64,000 nucleotides of DNA. Origin: Jatrophihabitans sp. GTDB lineage: Bacteria > Actinomycetota > Actinomycetes > Mycobacteriales > Jatrophihabitantaceae. Position numbers and translations under genes: made by a program. The DNA is taken from positions 1,129 through 65,128 of the forward strand of contig DATBTJ010000051.1 in NCBI GenBank assembly GCA_036559305.1, given 5' to 3'. The number at the start of each line of letters is the position of its first letter. Within the stretch, counting starts at the first letter, position 1. The notes beneath the pieces are model-generated. The model did no database searches and was not told the DNA's origin. It was given only the letters and a program-made list of their open reading frames with translations. Positions 52,462 through 60,599 of the stretch are shown here, in pieces.

Positions 52462-55011
52462 TCACTGCTCGCCGATGACAGGGCCCATCCGCTGCCATTC
52501 CTCGAGGTCCTCCTCGCCGACCAGGTCGCCGCGCTGCGCGTAACGGCGGGCCGACTCCTGCTCCTGAGCGCCCGCTCCCCCACGGGCGCCGCCCCCACCG
52601 AACGGGACGCCGCCGAGGCCACTGCCCTGCCCGCCGTGAGCCTGATCGCCCGCCGCCGCCCCGGCGACCGGGGAGGCCGGCGACGCCGCGGCCGAACCGC
52701 TCATCGCGTTGGCGGTCGTGTTGTCGGCCCCGACGTGGGTGCCGTCGGCGAGTTGGCTGCCGCCGCGGTGCGCCGCGGCCACACCGGCCGTCCCGCCGAC
52801 ACCGACACTGCCGACACCGCCGGAACCACCGCCGAGGTTCGCGCCACCTCCGACACCCGCTCCCCCGACACCCGCTCCGCCGCCACCGCCACCGCCGACG
52901 CCGGTCAGGTGCTGCGGCACGGTGCCGCCGGGCCGGGTCAGGCCGCTGGTGTTCATTGCCGGCAAGCCATGCGGGGTCGCTTCGGTGACGACCGGATTGC
53001 CGTGCTCGTCGAAGTGGACGCGGTAGGTGTGCGCGATCCCGTCGGCGCCGGTGTCCCGCAGCGTGAAGACGCCCTTCTTGCCGTGCTCCGGGCTGATCGT
53101 CAGGCCGCGGTCGCGGCCGAGGCTGACCGAGCCGTCCTTGTTCTGGTGGATGTCCTGCCGGGGATCGACCACCCCGGGGCCGGACAGTGCGGTGGACGGG
53201 TCGCCCGACCAGCCCTGCGGCACCGCCTGGCCGGTCGAGGGGTCCTGGCTCCAGCCGTGGGGCAGGGGCACGCCGGACGGGATCCAGGTGGCACCCGGGG
53301 GCAGGCCGGCCGGCCGGGTGGTGCCGGCGGCGGGAGCGCCGCCGGGCAGCCCGAAGCCGCTCGAGGTGCTCGGCGTCCCCTGCGGGGTGGTGAGCCCGGC
53401 CGGAACGGTAGGGGTCCCCGTCGCGATGTTCGGGGTCGCGGTGGGGATGGTCGGGCCGCCGCCAGGAATGCCGCCGCCACCGCCAGGAAAGCCGCCACCG
53501 CCGGCGCCGCCGGGACTGCCGGCGCCACCGCCGGTGCTGCCCGCCGGAGCGGTGCCGTGCGCGCCGTCCATGCCGGCGAACGGGTCGGCGATGTGCTGCA
53601 GCTGCCCGGTGAACTCGGCGAAGCCCTTCTGGATCAGCGAGGTGGTCTTGGTGTTGATCGAGTTGAGGGCGTTCTGCCGCGCGTCGTACTCGGGCACCAG
53701 CACCTGATTGCACCAGTCGGCGGCCGCCAGCTCGGCGGCCTTGCGGCTGTCGTCGCTGAGGGCGTCGCCGCTGGACCAGTCGTTGCCGGCGTCACCGGCC
53801 AGGAACTCGTGGCGTCCGGTCATGTCCATGCCGAGCAGGCCGAGCACGACCCGGCGCTCCGGATCCTCGGCCCGGCCCATCGCAACCTTGGCGAAGGTGT
53901 AGGCGATCCCGCCGTCGATCCGGTCCGGCAGCTGGGCCAGGAACAGCTGGTTGACCGCCTGCGCCTTGGCAATCACCAGCTCCTGCAGGCCCTGGACGAG
54001 CGCGTTGATGTCGCTGCCGACGACGGCCAGATCCTGCTTGACGGTGTTCGCGCCGGTGAACAGCACCTGCATCTTGGCGCCGAAATTCGCCGCCGCCCGG
54101 CCCTGCCAGCTCGACTCGAGGGTGCTCGCCGCACTGTTCAGCTTCCACGCCTCGTCGTCGATGCCCTGCGAGATCGAGGTCATCAGCGCGGCATCGGCGA
54201 CGAGGTCGGCGAAGCTCATCCCCTGCTCGGCGTGGTAGCTCTTCTCGAGCTGGTCGACGGGCTCGCCGCCGCCGGTGTAGAGGTGATAGGCCCGGTAGAA
54301 CCACCTGAAGAACTGCAGGCCCGGTTCGCCCAGCGCGAGCAGTTGGTCGGCGGTCGCGGCCGCCTTCGTGTCGCCCCCGCTGACCTGCTGCGCGTAGTGG
54401 GTCAGGTCGCTCGCGTTGTCGGTGTGTGCCTTGGCGGCGGTGGCGAGCTCGGCCGGGTCCAGGACGCCGGCGGCGATGCGTGCGCGGTCGTTCTCGGAGA
54501 TGCCGTCGACGCCGGTGTTGAAGTCGTCGTTCAGCAGCGAGGAGGCGTCCTTCGCGTCGGCCTTCTTCGCGAAGTCCTGGTTGTGGTGGTAGTCGGACTC
54601 GGTGAAGTTGTAGAAGTCCTTCTCGTTGCTCGTCGAGAACTGGTGGTGCGCCAGGTAGCGGCCGGTCTCGGCCGACTGCTGCACCGGCGGGGTGAGCTGC
54701 GGACCTCCGGAGGAGGTGGTGCCCAGTGCGGAGTTGATCCGGCTCGAGTCGTCCTGCAGCGGCGTGGTCGGGTCGCTCTGGCCTGGTTGCACCGCTTGCC
54801 CGGGCTGCCCTTGCGCCGCGGTCGTGGTCGGCGTCGGCGTGCCGGTCGGCACTGCCGTGCCGCCGGAACCCGTGCCGCCGGAACCCGATCCGCCGGAACC
54901 CGATCCGCCGGAACCCGATCCGCCGGATGTGGCCGCCGGGCGGCGACCCGGTGCGCCGGTGGGCGGGGCGGTGTGGTCGCCGGCATCGGTGTTGTCGGGC
55001 GGAACAGCCAT
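52462..55011 (-). CDS. large putative ESX substrate (849 aa): GS-repeat N-terminus, helical W-x-G domain, Gly/Pro-rich regions, acidic-Trp C-terminus
   Basis: GGSGSGGSGSGGSGSGGTGSGGT repeats. LESSWQGRAAANF (W-x-G). GWSQDPST/GWSGDPST. Poly-Gly tracts. Tail DLVGEEDLEEWQRMGPVIGEQ. Confidence 0.7.
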   Translation of the reverse strand: MAVPPDNTDAGDHTAPPTGAPGRRPAATSGGSGSGGSGSGGSGSGGTGSGGTAVPTGTPTPTTTAAQGQPGQAVQPGQSDPTTPLQDDSSRINSALGTTSSGGPQLTPPVQQSAETGRYLAHHQFSTSNEKDFYNFTESDYHHNQDFAKKADAKDASSLLNDDFNTGVDGISENDRARIAAGVLDPAELATAAKAHTDNASDLTHYAQQVSGGDTKAAATADQLLALGEPGLQFFRWFYRAYHLYTGGGEPVDQLEKSYHAEQGMSFADLVADAALMTSISQGIDDEAWKLNSAASTLESSWQGRAAANFGAKMQVLFTGANTVKQDLAVVGSDINALVQGLQELVIAKAQAVNQLFLAQLPDRIDGGIAYTFAKVAMGRAEDPERRVVLGLLGMDMTGRHEFLAGDAGNDWSSGDALSDDSRKAAELAAADWCNQVLVPEYDARQNALNSINTKTTSLIQKGFAEFTGQLQHIADPFAGMDGAHGTAPAGSTGGGAGSPGGAGGGGFPGGGGGIPGGGPTIPTATPNIATGTPTVPAGLTTPQGTPSTSSGFGLPGGAPAAGTTRPAGLPPGATWIPSGVPLPHGWSQDPSTGQAVPQGWSGDPSTALSGPGVVDPRQDIHQNKDGSVSLGRDRGLTISPEHGKKGVFTLRDTGADGIAHTYRVHFDEHGNPVVTEATPHGLPAMNTSGLTRPGGTVPQHLTGVGGGGGGGAGVGGAGVGGGANLGGGSGGVGSVGVGGTAGVAAAHRGGSQLADGTHVGADNTTANAMSGSAAASPASPVAGAAAGDQAHGGQGSGLGGVPFGGGGARGGAGAQEQESARRYAQRGDLVGEEDLEEWQRMGPVIGEQ
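54860..54927 (-). repeat. 15-bp in-frame tandem repeat x4.5 (GSGGS units)
   Basis: CCGCCGGAACCCGAT is repeated at 54875, 54890 and 54905, with a variant unit at 54860 and a partial unit at 54920. Confidence 0.85.
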
Positions 55012-55012
55012 G

Positions 55013-55342
55013 TCAGGCTCCCGTTCCCGAGCTGCGCAGCGCCGCGGAGTTGCTCGCGTCGTTGCTCTCGTAGTCGCGACCGTTGCTTGCGAGCTTGATG
55101 GAGGTCTCGTCGCACCGGTGCGAGAACTGCGAGATGATCATCGCGAGCACGCTGTTCGGACCGGCGATGGCGTCGTGATAGGCCGTGCCCTGCGCCTGGT
55201 AGTCGCGCCCGGTGGTCGACGCCGAGCCCTTGATGGTGGTGAGCCTGCGCCCTTGGGCGCTGATGGGTTCCACCTCGGCATGAAAGGCCGAGGCGGCCTG
55301 GGAGAACGCTGCGGTGTCAGCGGTGAAGCTGTCGCCGGCCAT
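55013..55342 (-). CDS. small helical ESX-associated protein (EspC/DUF2580-like, 109 aa)
   Basis: The in-frame ATG at 55342 has GGAGG upstream. MAGDSFTADTAAFSQAASAFHAEV... Its stop is 1 nt before the 849-aa gene start. Confidence 0.65.
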   Translation of the reverse strand: MAGDSFTADTAAFSQAASAFHAEVEPISAQGRRLTTIKGSASTTGRDYQAQGTAYHDAIAGPNSVLAMIISQFSHRCDETSIKLASNGRDYESNDASNSAALRSSGTGA

Positions 55343-55519
55343 GGGTTGCCTCCGAATGGAAGTGGTCGCCGGGCCCGAGTGGTCTATGCCGTCCGACCCG
55401 AGAACGGGGACGGCGAACACCCGGCGGGCCGGGCCTGCACCGACACCCGTCGCGAGACGGGGCGACGCGGTCACGCACCGCATGACCGCTCGGGAGATAG
55501 AGATCGACCGGGAAGAACG

Positions 55520-55562
55520 ACACGCGCCCAGCCCGTTGAGCTGCAACAGGCTGGGCGCGTGT
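55520..55562 (-). terminator. intrinsic-terminator-like hairpin after the WXG100 gene pair
   Basis: Perfect 14-bp stem ACACGCGCCCAGCC / GGCTGGGCGCGTGT with a 15-nt loop. On the minus-strand RNA it is followed by CGUUCUUCC. A second 8-bp hairpin lies at 55579-55598 (CGACCGGC/GCCGGTCG). Confidence 0.5.
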
Positions 55563-55606
55563 GGTCCCGAGATCTGATCGACCGGCCGGAGCCGGTCGGG
55601 GCCGCG

Positions 55607-55897
55607 TCAGCTGAAGCGGCTGGCGTTCTGCGACTCGGTGGTCTGGAAACCCTCGTTGGCCGACCCGAGCGCCCGCCCGATGGCGGAGAGCACCGCGTTG
55701 AGGTCGTTGGCAGCCTGGTCCCACTGGGCCTGCTTGGCGTTGTAGTTGGTCGCCGCCTGGCCTTCCCACGTGGACACCATCGGTGCCAGGTAGGACTTCA
55801 GGTCCTGCAGCGAGTTGTTGATGCTGGCGACGGTCTGCTGGGCGTGCTCCTGGGTCGCCTGCACCTGGGCAAACGTGACCTTGATCTGATCGCTCAC
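55607..55897 (-). CDS. esxA: WXG100-family protein (EsxA-like)
   Basis: VSDQIKVTFAQVQ...MVSTWEGQAATNY (W-x-G). About 96 aa. The GTG at 55897 has GGGAGAAGGA upstream. The track's alternative start is 55915. Confidence 0.88.
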   Translation of the reverse strand: MSDQIKVTFAQVQATQEHAQQTVASINNSLQDLKSYLAPMVSTWEGQAATNYNAKQAQWDQAANDLNAVLSAIGRALGSANEGFQTTESQNASRFS

Positions 55898-55981
55898 GGC
55901 GAATCCTTCTCCCATGATGAAAGTTCGAAAGCTTGTTGAGGAACGAGACCTGCGGACGCAGCGCGCCCGCCCGATCTGGCG

Positions 55982-56308
55982 TCAGATGTTCAGCCCGCTG
56001 CCGGCGGACTTCACGGCGTCCTGCGCGGCCTGGTCCTGCGCGGCGTAGGTCTGACCCGACGACCGGATCTGCTCGGAGATGTCGGTGAGGGCCTGCGAGA
56101 GCTTCTGCGCGTCCTCGTTGTAGCGGACCATCAGGGCCTGGAAGGTCGACGCGGCCTGACCGGTCCAATGCGCCTGGACGGCTTCGACCTGACTCTGCAG
56201 GCCGGACAGCTGCGCCCGGACCTCGTTGTTGACGTCGTCGACCTTGCTCGCAGCCTGCTGCATCTGCGCGGTCTGAGTAGTGAACGCACCAGTCACCTTG
56301 CGCTCCAT
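55982..56308 (-). CDS. esxB: WXG100-family protein (EsxB-like) with C-terminal YxxxD motif
   Basis: AVQAHWTGQAASTF (W-x-G) and a C-terminal GQTYAAQDQ (Y-x-x-x-D). Alternative GTG start at 56296, preceded by GGAG. Confidence 0.88.
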   Translation of the reverse strand: MERKVTGAFTTQTAQMQQAASKVDDVNNEVRAQLSGLQSQVEAVQAHWTGQAASTFQALMVRYNEDAQKLSQALTDISEQIRSSGQTYAAQDQAAQDAVKSAGSGLNI

Positions 56309-56333
56309 TCTTCGTGGTTTCGTGGAATGATTG

Positions 56334-56364
56334 AATATATAATCGACCGTGAACTAACACGGTC
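56334..56364 (-). promoter_or_regulatory. candidate esx promoter element: TATATT -10-like hexamer plus adjacent perfect palindrome
   Basis: Locally AT-rich island. The minus strand reads GACCGTGTTAGTTCACGGTCGATTATATATTC, with 7-bp arms GACCGTG/CACGGTC (56345-56364) just upstream of TATATT (56334-56339). It lies 25 nt before the ATG at 56308. Confidence 0.35.
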
Positions 56365-56534
56365 TGTATGAGTTGTTACTGATACCCCGCGGCCTACGTG
56401 GCGAAACTCATGCCATGAATGTCGCAATTCGGATGCTTCCGCATACACGGATCGAATGCAAGCGCAGCAGCCGAAATCTGTTCCGCCTGTGGACAACGGA
56501 CGAAAACGCCGCGGAACGGCCCACCGGGACCGGC

Positions 56535-59500
56535 TCAGACCTCGGCGATCTGGATCAGCTGCTGGCCGTAGCGACGCCCCACGATCACGCCGCGCCCGGG
56601 CGGCATCGCGGCGGGCCGGGTGGTGCCGAGCAGCACCCCTTCGTCCCGGCTGCCCGAACCGATCACGCCGGGCGACCCCAGTTCGCGGATGCGCTGGATG
56701 ACCGGTTCGAACAGCGCGCGTGCTGCGCCGCCGGTGCGCCGGCACAGCACGAGGTGCAGGCCGACGTCCTTGGCCTGCGGCAGGAATTCGGCCAGCGCGG
56801 CGATCGGGTTGCCCGAGGGCGAGGCCACCATGTCGTAGTCGTCGACGACGACAAAGATCTCCGGCCCGCTCCACCAGCTGCGATCGCGCAGCTGCTCCGG
56901 CGTGACCTCCGGGCCGGGCAGGCGCCCCTGCAGCACGGGGCGCAGGTCGTCGATGAACGCCTGCAGCGCGGGGCCGGCCGGTGCGTACCCGGCGAGGTAC
57001 TCCTGCGGGACGTACCCGAGCATGGTGCGCCGGTAGTCGACCAGCAGGATGCGCGCCTGCTCGTGGCTGTACCGCGACATGATGCCCCGCGCCACCACCT
57101 TCAAGAAGTTCGTCTTCCCCGACTCGGCGTCGGCGAACAGGATGAAGTGCGGATCGAGGTCGAAGTCGAGCAGGACCGGCGCGAGGGCGTCCTCGTTCAG
57201 CCCGATCGCGATCGGACGAGTGCCGTTCGGCTCGGGAAGCTGGGCGACCAGGTCGGCATAGGGCACCGACGCCGGCAGCATGCGCACCCGCGGGGCCGGC
57301 CGACCGGTCCATGCGGTGCGCACCTTCTCGACCAGATCGGCGTAGGCGACGGCGAGGTCGCCGGTCTCGGACGAGCCGTCGATGCGCGGGACGGCGGCGA
57401 GGAAGTGCAGCCGCTGCTGGGTGAGCCCCCGGCCCGGCCGCGAGCCCGGCACCGCGGCCGCCACCCGCCGGTCGATCTCGGACTCGGACGGATCGCCGAG
57501 GCGCAGCTCGACCCGGGTGCCGAGGGTGTCCTTGAGCGCGGCGCGGATCTCGGCCCAGCGGTTGGCGCCGACGACGACGTGGACGCCGAAGGACAGGCCC
57601 TGGCCGGCGATGCCGGTCACCCGCTGCTCGAGATCCTCGAACTCGGCGCGGAAGTTGGCCCAGCCGTCCACGACGAGGAACACGTCGCCGAACGGGTCGT
57701 CGTCGTGATGGCCGGCCTTCTTCAGCTGCCGGTAGGCCGCCATGCTCTCGATCCCGGCGGCCCGGAACCGCTCCTCGCGCTCGGCGAGCACGGTGCTGAC
57801 CTCGGCCACCATCCGGCGCACGAGATCGGGGTTGGACCGCGACGCGATGCCGCCGACGTGCGGCAGGCCGGCCGTGGTGGCGAGCGAGCCACCACCGAGG
57901 TCGATGCCGTAGATCTGCACCTCGCGCGGGGTGTGCGTCAGCGCCAGCGAGGTGATCAGGTCGCGCAGGACGGTGCTCTTGCCGCTCTGCGGTCCGCCGA
58001 CCACGGCGCCGTGCCCGGCCGCGCCGGAGAAGTCGAGCAGCAGCTGGTCACGGCGCTGCTCGTAAGGCCGGTCGACGATGCCGACGGGGACGATGAGCCG
58101 GCCGTTGCCGCCCCACCCGTCCGGGCCGAGGCCGCGGTCGGGGGTGGTCGTCAGTGGCGGCAGCATGCTGTCCAGCGACGGCGACTCGGCGAGCGGCGGC
58201 AGCCAGACCTCGTGGGCCGGCACGCCCCTGCCCAGCAGCTTCTCCACTACGACGTCCAGGACGGACTTCTCCAGGCCCTGCATGCGCTGCGCCGGCTCGG
58301 GGATCGGTACCGGCACGGCCTCGTCCGGGGTCTCCGGCGCGTCGATCGGGTCGGTGAGGAACGGCAGCGGCCGTCGCGCGAAGGCGGTACCCGGGCCGGC
58401 CGCGACGGTGTCGCGCCGGTAGGCCCCGGACACGTAGGCCGCCTTGAACCGCACCAGCGTCGACACGTCGAACTTCAGGTACCCCGAGCCCGGGATGGAC
58501 GGCAGCTCGTAGGCGTCCGCCACGCCGAGCACCGCGCGCGACTCGGCGGCGGAGAACGTCTTTAGCCCGATCCGGTAGGACAGGTGGCTGTCCAGCCCGC
58601 GCAGCTTGCCCTCCTCGAGACGCTGCGAGGCGAGCAGCAGGTGCATCGACAGCGACCGGCCGAGCCGGCCGATCGCGACGAACAGCTCGGCGAACTCGGG
58701 CTTCTGCGTGAGCATCTCGGTGAACTCGTCACAGACGATCAGCAGCGACGGCAGCGGATCGAGCGGGGCGCCCGCCTCGCGGGCCCGCTCGTACTCGCGC
58801 ACGTTGGCGTAGTTTCCGGCGGTCTTGAGCAGCTCCTGCCGACGATTCATCTCACCGGCGAGCGCGTCGTGCATGCGGTCGACCAACGTCAGGTCGTCCT
58901 GCAGGTTCGTGATCACCGCGGCGGTGTGCGGCAGATCGTTGAGCCCGAGGAAGGTCGCGCCGCCCTTGAAGTCGACGAGGATGAGGTTGAGCGCGCTGGG
59001 CGAGTGCGTCATCGCCAGCCCGAGCACGAGCGTGCGCAGCAGCTCGGACTTCCCGGAACCGGTCGCGCCGATCACCAGCCCGTGCGGGCCCATCCCCTCG
59101 AGCGCGGCCTCCTTGATGTCGAGCTCGACCGGCTCGCCGTGCTCGCCCACCCCGATCGGGATCCGCAAGCGGTCGCGGACGGTGCGCGGGCGCCACAGCT
59201 GTTCGGCGCTGACGTTCTCCGGGTCGCCCACCCCGAGCATGTCGACGAGCTCGGCCGAGGTGAGCAGCGGCTGCTCGTCGGTGGTCTCGGCAGCCCCGAC
59301 GCGCCACGGGGCCATCCGCCGCGCGACGGCATCGGCTTCGGTGACGCCGAGCCGGTCGGCGCGCCCGAGCACCTCGACACCGTTGCGGCCGACCGCGCCG
59401 ACCTTGCCGTCCTCGACGACCAGGCGCAGCCCCCGCCGGGCCGCGAGACGACCGATCGAGCTCGACAGGTCGATGATGGTGACGCCGACCAGGCCGTCCT

Positions 59501-60491
59501 CGAGCAGGACGCGCTCCTCGAGGCTCACCGCGCCGCCGTCGATCACGATGACGACGTGCGGCTGGTCCGGCGCCGGGGTCACGTCGCGGGCGAACCGCGC
59601 GCGGGTCGCCATCTCCGCGGAGAGCCATTCCTCCAGCTCGGCGAGCGAGCTCGCGACCAGCCGCCGGGTGCCGACCGCATCGCTCTCGCGCGGGTCCTGC
59701 GCGTGCGGCAGCCACTTGACCCAGTCCCAGTCGATGCGGCTCGGGCCGGACGTCACCACGCCCACGATGACGTGGTCGGGACCGTGGAACGTGGTCAGCT
59801 CGGCCAGCATCGCCCGGACGAGGTCACGCACCTCGGCGCGGGCGCCACGCACCTCGATCGCCGGGAACGAGCGCAGCTTGACCGCCACCGGCAGGTCGTC
59901 GACGAGGGCGTGGGCGCGGACCAGGCGGCGCAGCGCGACCGCGCCGATCGGGTCGAGACTTTCGATCAGCCCGGTCTGCGGCGGACGCAGCTGGCGGGCC
60001 AGCCGCTGCGGGCCGACCCCGACGCGCACCGTGCTGAAGTCGCGATCGCTCGGGCGGCGTTCCCACATCCGTCGCCCGCCCGCGATCGACCAGAGCGAGC
60101 GGGGGTCGGGATGTGACCAGAGCAGGCTGGTGCGCTGGCCGAGCCGGATCCGGTCGATGTCGCGGCGGACCTGCTCGATGTAGCGCAGATAGTCCTTGCG
60201 GTCGGTGTCGATCTGCGCCTTGCGGCCGGTCTTGCGCCCGCCCATGCCGCCGCCCATCATGCCCAGCGTCGAGAGCAGGATCAGCCCGCCCATCGCCATG
60301 GACGCCGCGCTCAGGCCGCCGATGAAGATGAAGCCCACCGAGCCGAGGATCATCACGCCGGGCAGCAGCGCGCCCATGATGTTGCCGGGCAGCATCCGCG
60401 GGATCTCCGGCGGCGGCTCGAGCTGCACCTCACCGGTCGGCATCGCGGGCACTGGCATGCGCGGCCTGCGCCGGAACGTGCGTGTCGCCAA
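56535..60491 (-). CDS. eccC: type VII secretion FtsK/SpoIIIE ATPase EccC (fused EccCa/Cb)
   Basis: Two N-terminal TM helices. Three P-loop domains (GATGSGKSELL, GGPQSGKSTVL, ADAESGKTNFL). 1318 aa. Confidence 0.95.
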   Translation of the reverse strand: MATRTFRRRPRMPVPAMPTGEVQLEPPPEIPRMLPGNIMGALLPGVMILGSVGFIFIGGLSAASMAMGGLILLSTLGMMGGGMGGRKTGRKAQIDTDRKDYLRYIEQVRRDIDRIRLGQRTSLLWSHPDPRSLWSIAGGRRMWERRPSDRDFSTVRVGVGPQRLARQLRPPQTGLIESLDPIGAVALRRLVRAHALVDDLPVAVKLRSFPAIEVRGARAEVRDLVRAMLAELTTFHGPDHVIVGVVTSGPSRIDWDWVKWLPHAQDPRESDAVGTRRLVASSLAELEEWLSAEMATRARFARDVTPAPDQPHVVIVIDGGAVSLEERVLLEDGLVGVTIIDLSSSIGRLAARRGLRLVVEDGKVGAVGRNGVEVLGRADRLGVTEADAVARRMAPWRVGAAETTDEQPLLTSAELVDMLGVGDPENVSAEQLWRPRTVRDRLRIPIGVGEHGEPVELDIKEAALEGMGPHGLVIGATGSGKSELLRTLVLGLAMTHSPSALNLILVDFKGGATFLGLNDLPHTAAVITNLQDDLTLVDRMHDALAGEMNRRQELLKTAGNYANVREYERAREAGAPLDPLPSLLIVCDEFTEMLTQKPEFAELFVAIGRLGRSLSMHLLLASQRLEEGKLRGLDSHLSYRIGLKTFSAAESRAVLGVADAYELPSIPGSGYLKFDVSTLVRFKAAYVSGAYRRDTVAAGPGTAFARRPLPFLTDPIDAPETPDEAVPVPIPEPAQRMQGLEKSVLDVVVEKLLGRGVPAHEVWLPPLAESPSLDSMLPPLTTTPDRGLGPDGWGGNGRLIVPVGIVDRPYEQRRDQLLLDFSGAAGHGAVVGGPQSGKSTVLRDLITSLALTHTPREVQIYGIDLGGGSLATTAGLPHVGGIASRSNPDLVRRMVAEVSTVLAEREERFRAAGIESMAAYRQLKKAGHHDDDPFGDVFLVVDGWANFRAEFEDLEQRVTGIAGQGLSFGVHVVVGANRWAEIRAALKDTLGTRVELRLGDPSESEIDRRVAAAVPGSRPGRGLTQQRLHFLAAVPRIDGSSETGDLAVAYADLVEKVRTAWTGRPAPRVRMLPASVPYADLVAQLPEPNGTRPIAIGLNEDALAPVLLDFDLDPHFILFADAESGKTNFLKVVARGIMSRYSHEQARILLVDYRRTMLGYVPQEYLAGYAPAGPALQAFIDDLRPVLQGRLPGPEVTPEQLRDRSWWSGPEIFVVVDDYDMVASPSGNPIAALAEFLPQAKDVGLHLVLCRRTGGAARALFEPVIQRIRELGSPGVIGSGSRDEGVLLGTTRPAAMPPGRGVIVGRRYGQQLIQIAEV

Positions 60492-60599
60492 GGTGCTGCG
60501 TCCCTCTCGATCCGGCTGGTGCCTCGCGGCTGTACACGATCATGTTCAGGGACCGCGCGCCATATAGTAAGGCCCACCCCTGCAGCTTGGAGTCGCCTC

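Noticed and set aside
54860-54927. Possible CRISPR-like or other non-coding repeat array (also 34975-35046 and 42459-42500)
   Set aside because: The units are contiguous without spacers, have lengths that are multiples of 3, and lie in frame within coding sequences (GSGGS, QPGYGQQN and PT units). No cas genes are present.
52105-55098. 997-aa ORF on the + strand (also 39246..42605 on the minus strand, 36096..38699 +, 16169..17971 +, 56373..58565 + and similar)
   Set aside because: All are antisense or out of frame to genes with clear motifs or protein-like composition. They are Arg/Gly/Pro-rich with no recognisable domains, so they are shadow ORFs.
56470-56520. ECF/SigM-type GGAAC -35 element upstream of the esx genes
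   Set aside because: GGAAC occurs on the relevant strand (complement of 56478-56482), but no convincing -10 partner lies at 16-18 nt. A single pentamer is expected by chance.
60563-60568. TATAGT as the -10 box for eccD
   Set aside because: The position is plausible (about 32 nt before the GTG at 60600), but I could find no matching -35 element. The call is too weak to list as a feature.
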